A DNA stretch of 64,000 nt from Eubacteriales bacterium (GTDB lineage: Bacteria > Bacillota > Clostridia > Oscillospirales > CAG-272). Both the position numbers and the translations under genes were made by a program. How positions within the stretch are numbered: the stretch's first letter is position 1; each line of letters opens with the position of its first letter. Below the pieces are notes generated by a model, which worked only from the letters and a program-made list of their open reading frames with translations, did no database searches and was not told the DNA's origin. This document shows, piece after piece, positions 25,515-35,491 of the stretch. Location of the stretch: assembly GCA_045124505.1 (NCBI GenBank), contig JBGVLZ010000039.1, positions 23,110-87,109 on the forward strand, given 5' to 3'.

Positions 25515-26963
25515 ATGGCAAAATACGATCCGAAATCACTCAAAGCAGAAGAATTCATAAGCGATGAGGAAATAAGAGAAACTCTTGCATATGCAGAGGA
25601 AAACAAAAACAATATTGAGCTTATTGACTCAATAATTGAAAAAGCACGCCCTGTTAAAACCGAAACAGGCTATACGTGCCACGGACTTTCACACAGAGAG
25701 GCATCTGTGCTTCTTGCGTGCGAAGACCAAAAGATGATAGAAAAAATATACAAGGTCGCAGAGGAAATTAAGCTTGCGTTTTACGGTAACAGAATCGTTA
25801 TCTTTGCGCCTCTTTATCTTTCAAACTACTGTGTAAACGGCTGTGTTTACTGTCCTTATCACCTTAAAAACAAGACTATTCCGAGAAAGAAGCTGACACA
25901 AGAGGAAGTAAAAGCGGAAGTAATAGCACTTCAGGATATGGGACACAAGCGTTTAGCAATTGAATCGGGAGAGGACCCCGTAAACAATCCCATAGAATAC
26001 ATTCTTGAATGTATCAACACAATTTACAGCGTAAACCACAAAAACGGTGCAATACGCAGAGTAAACGTAAACATCGCCGCAACAACTGTTGAAAATTACA
26101 GAAAACTGAAGGATGCGGGCATCGGTACGTACATTCTGTTTCAGGAAACGTATCACAAGGAAAGCTATCTGAAGCTCCATCCCACAGGTCCGAAGCATGA
26201 TTATGCATACCACACGGAGGCACATGACAGAGCAATGCAGGGCGGAATCGACGATGTCGGTCTCGGTGTTCTGTTCGGTCTTGAGCTTTACAAGTACGAA
26301 TTCGCAGGACTTCTTATGCACGCAGAGCATCTTGAGGCTGTCCACGGTGTCGGTCCTCATACAATAAGCGTGCCGAGAATAAAGCGTGCTGACGATGTTG
26401 ACCCCACGCAGTTTGATAACTCCATAAGTGACGAAATATTTGAAAAGATAACGGCTTGCATCCGTCTTGCTGTTCCCTATACGGGCATCATTATTTCCAC
26501 AAGAGAAACGGAAGAAGTCCGTTCAAAGCTGCTTAATCTCGGTGTTTCGCAGGTCAGCGGCGGCTCACGTACGTCTGTCGGCGGTTACGCTTGCGAGGAA
26601 CGTCCGCATGATACAGAACAGTTCGACGTTTCCGACCAGAGAACACTTGACGAGGTCGTACATTGGCTTATTGATAACGGTCACATTCCCTCTTTCTGTA
26701 CAGCTTGCTACCGTGAGGGCAGAACGGGCGACAGATTTATGAGCCTTTGCAAAACAGGTCAGATAATCAACTGCTGTCACCCGAATGCACTTATGACGCT
26801 TACAGAATACCTTGTTGACTACGGAAGCGAGGAAACGAAAAAAGCGGGTTACGAAATGATACAAAGAGAGCTTGGCAAGATCCCTAAAGAAAAGGTACGC
26901 ACTATTGCCGAGTCTAATATTGAGGACATAAAGAACTCCAACAGACGTGATTTCAGATTTTAA
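25515..26963 (+). CDS. hydG: [FeFe]-hydrogenase H-cluster radical-SAM maturase HydG
   Basis: CVNGCVYCPY motif and the C-terminal Cys cluster SFCTACYREGRTGDRFMSLC. Confidence 0.9.
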   Translation: MAKYDPKSLKAEEFISDEEIRETLAYAEENKNNIELIDSIIEKARPVKTETGYTCHGLSHREASVLLACEDQKMIEKIYKVAEEIKLAFYGNRIVIFAPLYLSNYCVNGCVYCPYHLKNKTIPRKKLTQEEVKAEVIALQDMGHKRLAIESGEDPVNNPIEYILECINTIYSVNHKNGAIRRVNVNIAATTVENYRKLKDAGIGTYILFQETYHKESYLKLHPTGPKHDYAYHTEAHDRAMQGGIDDVGLGVLFGLELYKYEFAGLLMHAEHLEAVHGVGPHTISVPRIKRADDVDPTQFDNSISDEIFEKITACIRLAVPYTGIIISTRETEEVRSKLLNLGVSQVSGGSRTSVGGYACEERPHDTEQFDVSDQRTLDEVVHWLIDNGHIPSFCTACYREGRTGDRFMSLCKTGQIINCCHPNALMTLTEYLVDYGSEETKKAGYEMIQRELGKIPKEKVRTIAESNIEDIKNSNRRDFRF

Positions 26964-26972
26964 GAGGTAGTT

Positions 26973-28166
26973 ATGGGACTTAACGATACACCGTCGGGCG
27001 AAAGGCTGACTATCGGCTTTTTCGGCGCACGGAATGCAGGAAAATCAAGTGTGGCAAACGCTGTGACGGGACAAATAATTTCCGTTGTTTCAGATACTCC
27101 CGGCACAACTACAGACCCTGTGAAAAAATCAATGGAGCTTTTGCCGCTCGGACCTGTGACAATAATCGACACACCGGGGCTTGACGACGTCGGTGAGCTT
27201 GGAGAAGAGCGTGTAAAGGTGTCGCTTCGAGTTCTGGCAACGGTCGATGCGGCAGTCATAGTTATTGATGCCTCACGTGGAATAACTGAATTTGATGAAA
27301 AGCTTTTAAAAAACGTAAAAGAAAAAAATCTGCCCTATGTATGTGTGTACAACAAGGCAGAAAATATTGAGATACCTGAAAATATCCCCGATGATACGGT
27401 ATATGTAAGTGCAAAAAGCGGTTACAACATAGATGCGCTGAAAGAAAAAATTGCAACGTCTTTTGCAAAAGCGGAAAGCAAAAAGCATCTTATTTCCGAT
27501 ATTTTGCCCGAAAACGCTTTAACGGTGCTTGTTGTGCCGATAGATGAAGCAGCACCAAAAGGCAGGCTTATTCTTCCCCAGCAGCAGACAATACGTGACA
27601 TGCTTGATGCCCACGGTATATGCATCTGCTGTCAGCCTGAGGAATTGCCGAATGTGCTTTCATCCCTTTGTAAAAAGCCCGACGTTGTTATTACGGATTC
27701 ACAGGTATTCGGCAAGGTTTCAGCCCTCTTACCGCCTGATATTCCGCTTACGTCATTTTCAATTCTTTTTGCAAGATATAAGGGCGATCTGCCGACGCTT
27801 GTAAAGGGTGCATCTGCCATATCACAGCTTAAAGACGGTGACACGGTGCTCATTTCCGAGGGCTGTACGCACAGAAGAAGCTGTAAGGACATAGGAACTG
27901 TCAAGATTCCTGCACTTATGCGTAAATTTACAGGCAAGGAACTGAACTTCAAATTCACCTCAGGCGGTGATTTTGAAAATGATCTATCCGATGTTGCCCT
28001 CGTGCTTCACTGCGGCGGCTGTGTGCTGACCGAAAAGGAAATGCGCTACCGTATGCGGATATGTGAGGAATATGACACCCCCATCGTCAACTACGGCGTT
28101 GCCATCGCACACATGAACGGCATTTTAAAAAGAAGCATCGAAATTTTCCCCGATATAAATATGTAA
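26973..28166 (+). CDS. hydF: [FeFe]-hydrogenase maturation GTPase HydF
   Basis: G1 GARNAGKSS, G3 DTPG, C-terminal CTHRRSC...HCGGC cluster motif. Confidence 0.9.
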   Translation: MGLNDTPSGERLTIGFFGARNAGKSSVANAVTGQIISVVSDTPGTTTDPVKKSMELLPLGPVTIIDTPGLDDVGELGEERVKVSLRVLATVDAAVIVIDASRGITEFDEKLLKNVKEKNLPYVCVYNKAENIEIPENIPDDTVYVSAKSGYNIDALKEKIATSFAKAESKKHLISDILPENALTVLVVPIDEAAPKGRLILPQQQTIRDMLDAHGICICCQPEELPNVLSSLCKKPDVVITDSQVFGKVSALLPPDIPLTSFSILFARYKGDLPTLVKGASAISQLKDGDTVLISEGCTHRRSCKDIGTVKIPALMRKFTGKELNFKFTSGGDFENDLSDVALVLHCGGCVLTEKEMRYRMRICEEYDTPIVNYGVAIAHMNGILKRSIEIFPDINM

Positions 28167-28174
28167 ATAAGACA

Positions 28175-28204
28175 AAAGAGAGAACGCAAATTCTCTCTTT
28201 TTGT
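28175..28204 (+). terminator. terminator of the hyd operon
   Basis: AAAGAGAGAA-CGCAAA-TTCTCTCTTT followed by TTGTT. Confidence 0.75.
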
Positions 28205-28254
28205 TATTCACATAACTCATCACAATACCTCCGCATCGTGTTTTCATAAATGTA

Positions 28255-28328
28255 TTTCCGTAGGAAATATGCGCCCTTTGTCTGCGGGCAGTCGGCAAGC
28301 CGACTGTGGGGGGCGCAGACAGGGCGCC
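28255..28328 (+). repeat. nested-palindrome repeat, copy A
   Basis: TTTCC-GTA-GGAAA, then TAT, then GCGCCCT..GTCTGCG..CAG-[TCGGC-AA-GCCGA]-CTG..CGCAGAC-AGGGCGC. Confidence 0.8.
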
Positions 28329-28387
28329 GTCACCGTAAAGATTCAGATTAAGCACGGATTCTGTTTTACGTGCATGCTATTATTGTA

Positions 28388-29293
28388 TTATGCTATTTTC
28401 GCCAAAAGCTCGCTGAATGCAAGGATAAGAAGTGCGCAAAGGGCAATTATCATACCGACAAGACGGCGTCCGCTTACCTTTTCACGGAATAAAGTCATAG
28501 CAACCACGACTGACATCATCGTTGTACCGCCGTTTTGTATCGGGAATAATACTGCGCTGTCAAGCACACCCGAAAGATAGAGGTTGACTTTATTAAGAAA
28601 TGCTATAAATGCACCGCAAACAACCGTCAAAAGGATAAGTTTTTTTGTATCAATACCGCTTTCGCTTGATTTTTCTGTTTTATTTCTTGAGCTTATAAGA
28701 TAGCTTACTGTACAAAGGACTGCCGCAGATACAAAGGCAATCGCAAGAAATGCACCCGTTTCGGAAGCGAATGAGGACTTCTGCTGCGTTTTTTGCATAA
28801 TACCGATAGAGCCCATGAAAAGGAACGCCAAGAAGCAGAAGATAAGCCATTTTGCACTTGTCCCCTTGCCGTCCTTTTTCTTCTCCGTTGAAAAATATGC
28901 GGCGACTATCATAAGAAACGTGCCGACTATCTTCCACACCGACAGCGATTCATCCCAGATGATATATCCCGAAAATGCGGGAAGTATCATTGATGAGGTG
29001 ATAAGCAAAATGGTGAACGACATCGGTCCGCAGTTAAGCGCATTAAGCTTAAAAATACCGCTGAGTGCCGTCACAGCACCGAATGCAATACCGAATAAAA
29101 CCGTAAAAAGCGATGCTTTGAAGCCTGAAAAAATACTGATAGCAACAAGAATGACCGCCGCAACAGAATAAATACACATATTTATTTTGTAATTATCGGA
29201 TCTTTCCTTGACCGCCTTTTTACCGAAATAATTATAAAATGACGAATACGCCACATTAGCGCATACAGAAAGTGCGAGCAAAAAATAATTCAT
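28388..29293 (-). CDS. 10-TM EamA/DMT-like transporter (tentative)
   Basis: 301 aa, two 5-TM halves separated by a KKKDGKG loop. Confidence 0.5.
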   Translation of the reverse strand: MNYFLLALSVCANVAYSSFYNYFGKKAVKERSDNYKINMCIYSVAAVILVAISIFSGFKASLFTVLFGIAFGAVTALSGIFKLNALNCGPMSFTILLITSSMILPAFSGYIIWDESLSVWKIVGTFLMIVAAYFSTEKKKDGKGTSAKWLIFCFLAFLFMGSIGIMQKTQQKSSFASETGAFLAIAFVSAAVLCTVSYLISSRNKTEKSSESGIDTKKLILLTVVCGAFIAFLNKVNLYLSGVLDSAVLFPIQNGGTTMMSVVVAMTLFREKVSGRRLVGMIIALCALLILAFSELLAKIA

Positions 29294-29324
29294 TTAAATC
29301 ACGACCTATGTACTGAATTTTGTT

Positions 29325-30110
29325 TTATCTGATTATATCACCGACACCGTCAAGGATATATTTGGGACGGTATGGGAACAAATTTACTTCTTCTCTTGAA
29401 GTAACACCGGAAAGAACGAGGACTGTATCAAGCTCACTTTCGATACCCGAAATAATATCAGTATCCATTCTGTCGCCGATGATAGCTGTATCACGTCTTG
29501 AGCAGTCTATTTTCTTCAAAGCGTGGCGCATGATAAGGGGATTGGGTTTTCCTATATAATACGCTTTTTTGCCTGTTGTAAGCTCAATGGGGGAGATAAG
29601 TGCACGGCAGGCAGGAATTATTCCTTTTTCGCCCGGTGCTGTCAGGTCTGTATTTGTGCCGATGAGCTTTGCGCCGTTTTGTATAAGCTTCACAGCATGC
29701 TCGATTTTTTCATAGTTAAATGAACGAGTCTCTCCGAATACAACGTAATCGGGATTCTGGTCATTCATTGAAAATCCCGCATCGTACAGTGCATTCACAA
29801 GTCCCGGTTCACCAATTGCGTAAACACTTCCGCCGGGGCACTGCGTTGCAAGAAAGGATGCCGTTGCAAGGGCTGAGGTGTAGAAGTTATCCGGGGACAC
29901 CGTAAGTCCCATTCTCTGAAGCTTTTGTGCAAGCTCTCTGGGGGAGCGTTCACTCGAATTCGTCAAGAAAAGAAATTTCTTTCCCGATTCTATAAGCCAG
30001 TTGACAAATTCGGGAACATCGGGTAAAAGTCTGTTTCCGTGGTAGATAACACCGTCCATGTCACATATGAAGGCTTTTTTATTTCTAAGATTTTCAATAC
30101 TGTTTTCCAT
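29325..30110 (-). CDS. HAD-IIA family hydrolase (NagD-like sugar phosphatase)
   Basis: CDMDGVIYHG (DxDG), LTNSS, GKPNP and GDRMDTDI motifs. Confidence 0.85.
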   Translation of the reverse strand: MENSIENLRNKKAFICDMDGVIYHGNRLLPDVPEFVNWLIESGKKFLFLTNSSERSPRELAQKLQRMGLTVSPDNFYTSALATASFLATQCPGGSVYAIGEPGLVNALYDAGFSMNDQNPDYVVFGETRSFNYEKIEHAVKLIQNGAKLIGTNTDLTAPGEKGIIPACRALISPIELTTGKKAYYIGKPNPLIMRHALKKIDCSRRDTAIIGDRMDTDIISGIESELDTVLVLSGVTSREEVNLFPYRPKYILDGVGDIIR

Positions 30111-30122
30111 AATTTTCTCCTG

Positions 30123-30797
30123 TTATCTGTATTCGGGCAATTCAACATCTTTGAGTGAAAAATCTGTGCAAACATATTCGTATACACCGCCCTCACCGTC
30201 TTCATCTGTACCTTCAAGATAATATTTCATGCAGATACCTGTTTCATCGTCAAGCGTGTAAACGTATTTATACTCAGATGAATCGTTTTTAAGCTCATAC
30301 GTGTACTCAGTGCACGCTCTTTCACATACAGAGGTTTTTTCGCCCTTTGTCATATCGCCGAAATTTTCCTCATGTGCATAGCAAAAATTGCTGAATGTTG
30401 AAATATACTGGTTCATGTAACCGTCGGCAAGCTCTTGCGCCGCCTCGGATTTTTCAAAAACTCCGTCCTCGCCTTTAACGTACGTAGCATATCCGCCCTG
30501 CGATTTTATAAACAGCATTTCGCTTTCACCGGAGCTTATATATATTCCCTTTTCTGTACGGATCAAGGAAATTTTTGTTTTTCCGAGGTCATACGATATA
30601 CTGCATACAGCGGGAAATCCCTCATGTATTGCAACATTATCATAAACAGACGTCACAGCCCCTGTTATTTTATTCGGATCACTTGCGATAACCGTTTCAA
30701 TAGCGCTGTCGGCTGTTATTTCTGACGTTTTGCCCTTGCATGATGCAAATGAACACAAAAGCACAGTACACATCAATAACACTGCGGTTTTTTTCAT
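30123..30797 (-). CDS. lipoprotein of unknown function
   Basis: Lipobox LLCSFASC after a signal peptide. Confidence 0.6.
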   Translation of the reverse strand: MKKTAVLLMCTVLLCSFASCKGKTSEITADSAIETVIASDPNKITGAVTSVYDNVAIHEGFPAVCSISYDLGKTKISLIRTEKGIYISSGESEMLFIKSQGGYATYVKGEDGVFEKSEAAQELADGYMNQYISTFSNFCYAHEENFGDMTKGEKTSVCERACTEYTYELKNDSSEYKYVYTLDDETGICMKYYLEGTDEDGEGGVYEYVCTDFSLKDVELPEYR

Positions 30798-30810
30798 ATA
30801 TGTCTTCCTT

Positions 30811-31368
30811 TCACTCCTGATTTTTATTCTTGAATATTAAGAGTTTACTGAAAATGTAGTTGATAATTACGACAATAACTCCTGCTACGATCTTTATTAT
30901 TCCCTGACTCATAGCAAGCCATGTCACGAAAATGAGGAAAATAAGCTCTTCTATACCGAGCGATAACACACGTGCGCCTGTAAATGAAACTATCTCGTGC
31001 AAAAGCACATCTTTTTTAAAGCTTTTGCTCTTGAACACCCACAGTTTATTTACTATGTAGGCAAAGATAACTGCAAATACCCATGCGATAAACACGATTA
31101 CAAGCTCATGCAGTTTTGTAAATTTCATAAGCCCGAAGTGTATCGCCATATTCAAAACTGTGGTGAGTCCTCCGAAGATAACATATACGATTATCTCACG
31201 GTATTTTTTTATAAGCGCATTTATTTTTTTGAAAAAGCATATATATATCACAGCGCATATCACTATACCGACGGCAGCAATTACCGATAGTATTGTAATA
31301 TTTTCAAGCACCCAATCCAATAGTGCCGAAAAGGTCGAATTTTCAGATGCTGATAAAAAATTCAACAT
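30811..31368 (-). CDS. GtrA-family membrane protein
   Basis: FGGLTTVLNMAIHFGL and 4 C-terminal TM helices typical of GtrA, plus an extra N-terminal TM. Confidence 0.65.
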   Translation of the reverse strand: MLNFLSASENSTFSALLDWVLENITILSVIAAVGIVICAVIYICFFKKINALIKKYREIIVYVIFGGLTTVLNMAIHFGLMKFTKLHELVIVFIAWVFAVIFAYIVNKLWVFKSKSFKKDVLLHEIVSFTGARVLSLGIEELIFLIFVTWLAMSQGIIKIVAGVIVVIINYIFSKLLIFKNKNQE

Positions 31369-31943
31369 TTTATTTCCTCCAAAATTTTATAAAAGGCTTC
31401 CTCGTCAAACAAGAGGTTTACTGCTTCAAGCAGTGCATTTGCTGACATTTCAGCAGGAAGTCCCGCTTTTATGCAAAATTTTTTCCGCAGATACGAGGAG
31501 TTTTCTCCCCCCGAAAGACCAAGCAGGAAAAAATCTGTTTTTTTGAGTGCAAGCTTGTTTTTGACCTCTCCCGTATAAGGAGCAAATATTTTTGTAAGCA
31601 CCTCGACTGTCATTCCTTCAACGCCTAAAGTGCCCTCTGCTGACGGCTTTTCTTTTCTTTTTTCCTTGCCTTTTATTTGCGGGGTATAAAGGTTTATTAT
31701 TTTTTCGGCAGGTATTATCCCTTTTATAAAATTGCGTATTACCCTGCCCGCACCGTCGCTATCGGTGACAACGATTATTTTTTCCTCGTTTGCAAGTTTT
31801 CTCAAAAGTGAGGCTTTTTCTTCGTTTTTGAATACACCAAAGCCGTCCGTTGTTATTATGACCGCATCTATGACGGAGGAAAGCTTAATTTTGTCGTACT
31901 TCCCTTCACATATAACGGGGTATTTTATTTTCAGTTTTTCCAT
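31362..31943 (-). CDS. Toprim-domain protein, RNase M5-like (DUF4093-type)
   Basis: ICEGKYDKIKL ... IIVVTDSDGAGRVIR (Toprim E / DxD). Confidence 0.6.
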   Translation of the reverse strand: MEKLKIKYPVICEGKYDKIKLSSVIDAVIITTDGFGVFKNEEKASLLRKLANEEKIIVVTDSDGAGRVIRNFIKGIIPAEKIINLYTPQIKGKEKRKEKPSAEGTLGVEGMTVEVLTKIFAPYTGEVKNKLALKKTDFFLLGLSGGENSSYLRKKFCIKAGLPAEMSANALLEAVNLLFDEEAFYKILEEIKC

Positions 31944-31944
31944 G

Positions 31945-32976
31945 TTACAAATTCGTTATAAGCGAGATAAGCTCACCTTTTACATCAGTGCCCGTGCTTT
32001 TCACAGCAAGGTCGGCTTTATAACAGCTTTCAAGAAGTTCGGAAAGATATTTTCCTGTTATTCCCGCAAGTGCCTGTGTGCGCACCTTAACGGCATATTC
32101 GTGCATACCGAGTGCGGATGCTATCTGCGGCGGCTTCATTCCCGACTTCATTGCAGATTTTATTCTGTACAGCTTTTCGATCTCCGAGGTTATCTCTGCC
32201 ATCAGCAACATAGGATCAGCACCCTTTTTGAGTGCGTCCATCGTATATGCAAGCACCGCTTCTGCATCACGCTTCAGTATTTTATTTGAAACGTAAAACG
32301 CTTCAAAGACATTCTTTTTGCCTGTTACGGCTTCAACGGTATCATCATCAAGCTCACTCATTCCCGTCTGACGCATATAGGCGCAAAGCTTTGATATTTC
32401 GTTTGATATCACACTCATATCGCACGCAGCACGGTCAGCAATAAGCGTCGCGGTGCGGACAGATATATTGAAGCCCTCGGAAACGAAGTGGCGGTTTATC
32501 CATTTCAGAAGCTTCTCACGTGACAGAAAATCAAAGTACACAACGGTTGATGCATGTGAGATCTTTGCAAGCTTTGATTTTGAATCGCTGTCATTTTCCT
32601 CAAGCTGTGTTGCGTAAAGATATATGACAAACGTAAGATAATCGTATTTTTCCGCTTCCTTTGCAAGCGTGCAAAGAATCTCAACAGGTTCTTTTCCGCC
32701 TCTTTTCAGATCGGCACCGTACAGAATAACGAGCCTTCTATCCGAAAACTGCGGTAAAGTTGCAAAGGCAGATAAAATATCCTCTTTATCTTCAAGGCTG
32801 TCAAAAACATTTATGTTAAAATCACGGAGCGTTTCATCGGGGCATACATGTTTTTTGATATCGCTCAAAAAAGCTCTTTTCAGATATTCCTCTCCGCCGT
32901 ACAAAAAATATGCGCCCTGCATACTGCCGGCGAGCAGTTCTTTTGTTTGTTTCATAACATCAACTTTTACAGCCAT
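31945..32976 (-). CDS. holA: DNA polymerase III subunit delta
   Basis: Start reassigned to MAVKVDVMKQ (SD GGAGGTG). The longer track ORF runs antisense into the PiT gene. YFLYGGEEYL is a typical HolA N-terminus. Confidence 0.8.
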   Translation of the reverse strand: MAVKVDVMKQTKELLAGSMQGAYFLYGGEEYLKRAFLSDIKKHVCPDETLRDFNINVFDSLEDKEDILSAFATLPQFSDRRLVILYGADLKRGGKEPVEILCTLAKEAEKYDYLTFVIYLYATQLEENDSDSKSKLAKISHASTVVYFDFLSREKLLKWINRHFVSEGFNISVRTATLIADRAACDMSVISNEISKLCAYMRQTGMSELDDDTVEAVTGKKNVFEAFYVSNKILKRDAEAVLAYTMDALKKGADPMLLMAEITSEIEKLYRIKSAMKSGMKPPQIASALGMHEYAVKVRTQALAGITGKYLSELLESCYKADLAVKSTGTDVKGELISLITNL

Positions 32977-33073
32977 ACCGACACCTCCGCACAAAAATAC
33001 ATTGTATTGTAACACACAGTTTTGAATTTTATATAAAGCATATTGTAAGTTTTTGTATAAATAATTTTTTATT

Positions 33074-34051
33074 ATGGATTTTTTTAACGGATTTTCACCA
33101 TCAAACGGATATTTTACCGTAATTCTGATTTTTTCCGTCATTTTTTTCAACGGTGCAACAGATGCTGTAAATGCTGTGGCAACGTGTGTGGGAACAAAAT
33201 GTCTGAAGATATCGCACGCCGTTATTCTTTCGGCTGTATTCAATTTTCTCGGTGTGTTTATCATGGGAATTTTCAGCAGCGGTGTTGCATACACGGTAAA
33301 AAACCTTGCCTTTTTTCCAAATGACACCGTTTGCAGGACCGCACTTTGCGCTTCTATGCTTTCGGTAATAATCTGGACGGTATTCACCTGGATATTCGGA
33401 ATACCTACAAGCGAAAGCCACGCACTTATATCAAGTCTTGCGGGAACTGCCATGGCATATGCAGGCTCATACATAAACGCAGAAGAGTATTCAAAGGTTC
33501 TTTACGGTTTAATCGTGTCAACCGTTATGGGATTTTGTGCGGGGATATTATCAAATCAAGCTGTGCGTTCAATTTTCAAAGGCAGATCAGATAATTTTTT
33601 CAGATTTGCACAGATATTCGGGGCGTGCATTTCTTCATTTGCGCACGGAGCACAGGACGGACTGAAATTTTTAGGGCTTTTTTTACTGTTTTCAAGCGAT
33701 GAAAACAGTATCGGTATATGGCTTGTTCTGGCTGTATCGTTTGTAATGTTTGCAGGCACTGCCGTAGGCGGTAAAAAAATAATACGCTCCGTCGGCGAAG
33801 ATATGGTGACGCTTGAAAAGTGTGACGGTTTTGCTTCCGATATTGCAAGTGCGTTATGCCTTTTGACAGCAAGTGTATGGGGAATACCGACAAGCACAAC
33901 ACATACAAAAACATCATCCGTGCTCGGCACAGGTATACTGAACGGCGGAAAAATAAATTTCAAAACCGTTTTCGGGATAGTCACCGCTTGGATATTGACA
34001 TTTCCCGTGTGCACGTTGTTAGGCTATATCATAATAAAAATACTGACATAA
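33074..34051 (+). CDS. inorganic phosphate transporter (PiT family)
   Basis: NGATDAVNAVAT and GAQDG signature repeats. Confidence 0.85.
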   Translation: MDFFNGFSPSNGYFTVILIFSVIFFNGATDAVNAVATCVGTKCLKISHAVILSAVFNFLGVFIMGIFSSGVAYTVKNLAFFPNDTVCRTALCASMLSVIIWTVFTWIFGIPTSESHALISSLAGTAMAYAGSYINAEEYSKVLYGLIVSTVMGFCAGILSNQAVRSIFKGRSDNFFRFAQIFGACISSFAHGAQDGLKFLGLFLLFSSDENSIGIWLVLAVSFVMFAGTAVGGKKIIRSVGEDMVTLEKCDGFASDIASALCLLTASVWGIPTSTTHTKTSSVLGTGILNGGKINFKTVFGIVTAWILTFPVCTLLGYIIIKILT

Positions 34052-34093
34052 TTGAATCGGGGCATTTGCAAATACAAATGCCCCGATGCTTTA

Positions 34094-35491
34094 TCATTTT
34101 TCGTAAAAGGCTTTTGTTGCCTTGTGCATATTATAAACGTCCGCTTTTGAAACGACCTCATACGGTGCGTGCATGGATATTACAGGCACGCCTGCATCGA
34201 TAGTATCGATATTTCTTTCGGCAATATACTTTGCAACAGTACCGCCGCCGCCGAAATCGACCTTGCCCATTTCGCACATCTGCCATACAACATCGGCACT
34301 GTCGAAAATGTGTGCGATCTTTGCGGTATATTCGCCTGTTGCATCATTTGTATCGGATTTACCTCTTGCGCCCGTATATTTACAAAGGCCTACACCGCAA
34401 CCGACAATTGCAGAATTGTTCTTTTCATAAGCATTTGCAAAATTAGGATCGTATGCGGCGCAGACATCCGCAGAAAGACACATTGAATTTGCACGTACCT
34501 TGCGTTCATTTTTTCCAAGTGTCACGCAAATATCGGTGATTATATCGTCAAGCACAGCACCTTTCATGCCCGTAGCACCGTTTGAGCCTGTTTCTTCTTT
34601 ATCGGCAAGAACAGCCATGAGCGTATGCTCGGGAGAATCCATTTCAAACATAGCTGTCAGAGAAGGATATGCGCATACTCTGTCATCGTGTCCGTAGGAA
34701 GCGATCAGGCTTCTGTCAAATCCCACATCCTTTGCCTTGAGTGCGGGAACTACCTGAAGCTCCGCAGATATAAAATCTTCCTCTGTAATTCCGTATTTTT
34801 CATAAAGAATTGAAAGGATATTGAGCTTTATTTTTTCGCTAACCGCATCATCGGAATAAGGCACGGAGCCGAGAAGAATATTGAGGGTTTCACCGTCAAT
34901 TCCCTCATTAAGAGGCTTTGAATACTGCTCCTTTGCCAAATGCGGAAGAAGGTCGTTTATATAGAAAATTGGATCGTTTTCGTCCTCACCGATGCAAATA
35001 TTCACAACCTCGCAGTCCTTCTTCGTAACTATTCCGTGAAGTGAAAGCGGTATTGCCGTCCACTGATATTTTTTAATACCGCCGTAGTAGTGCGTTCTGA
35101 AGAATGCCATTCCGCCGTTTTCGTAAAGCGGCACTGCTCTTATATCTATTGCAGGTGAATCGATGTGCGATGCACAGATGCGTATACCGTTTTCAATGTC
35201 TTCATTACCTATAACAAACAAGAAAACGCTTCTGTTTCTGTTTATATAATAATATTTGCCGCCTGCTTTGACATCTTTTCCGAAAGTAAATTCTTCAAAT
35301 CCGTTTGATTTTGCAAGTCTTACAGCTTCTTCTGCCGCCTCTCTTGCTGTTTTGCCCGCATCAAGATATTTTTTATATCCTTCGCAGTATGATGTGATAC
35401 TGTCTGCTTCATTCGGATATTTTTCGTAAGCATTCAGCTTTTTGTACATCAGCTTTTCTGAAAGAAGCTGACCTTTTGTTTTCTCACTCAT
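34094..35491 (-). CDS. M18-family aminopeptidase
   Basis: 465 aa; HIDSP and GHDDRVC metal-ligand regions. Confidence 0.8.
   Translation of the reverse strand: MSEKTKGQLLSEKLMYKKLNAYEKYPNEADSITSYCEGYKKYLDAGKTAREAAEEAVRLAKSNGFEEFTFGKDVKAGGKYYYINRNRSVFLFVIGNEDIENGIRICASHIDSPAIDIRAVPLYENGGMAFFRTHYYGGIKKYQWTAIPLSLHGIVTKKDCEVVNICIGEDENDPIFYINDLLPHLAKEQYSKPLNEGIDGETLNILLGSVPYSDDAVSEKIKLNILSILYEKYGITEEDFISAELQVVPALKAKDVGFDRSLIASYGHDDRVCAYPSLTAMFEMDSPEHTLMAVLADKEETGSNGATGMKGAVLDDIITDICVTLGKNERKVRANSMCLSADVCAAYDPNFANAYEKNNSAIVGCGVGLCKYTGARGKSDTNDATGEYTAKIAHIFDSADVVWQMCEMGKVDFGGGGTVAKYIAERNIDTIDAGVPVISMHAPYEVVSKADVYNMHKATKAFYEK

Noticed and set aside
28269-28580. 103-aa ORF MRPLSAGSRQADCGGRRQGAV...
   Set aside because: It is a read-through of nested-palindrome repeat copy A and then runs antisense to the transporter gene. 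It has no SD and no coding-like composition.
32977-33474. N-terminal 166-codon extension of the holA ORF (track 31945..33474)
   Set aside because: It runs antisense through the PiT transporter gene and lacks an SD. MAVKVD at 32976 has a GGAGGTG SD and gives a normal HolA length.
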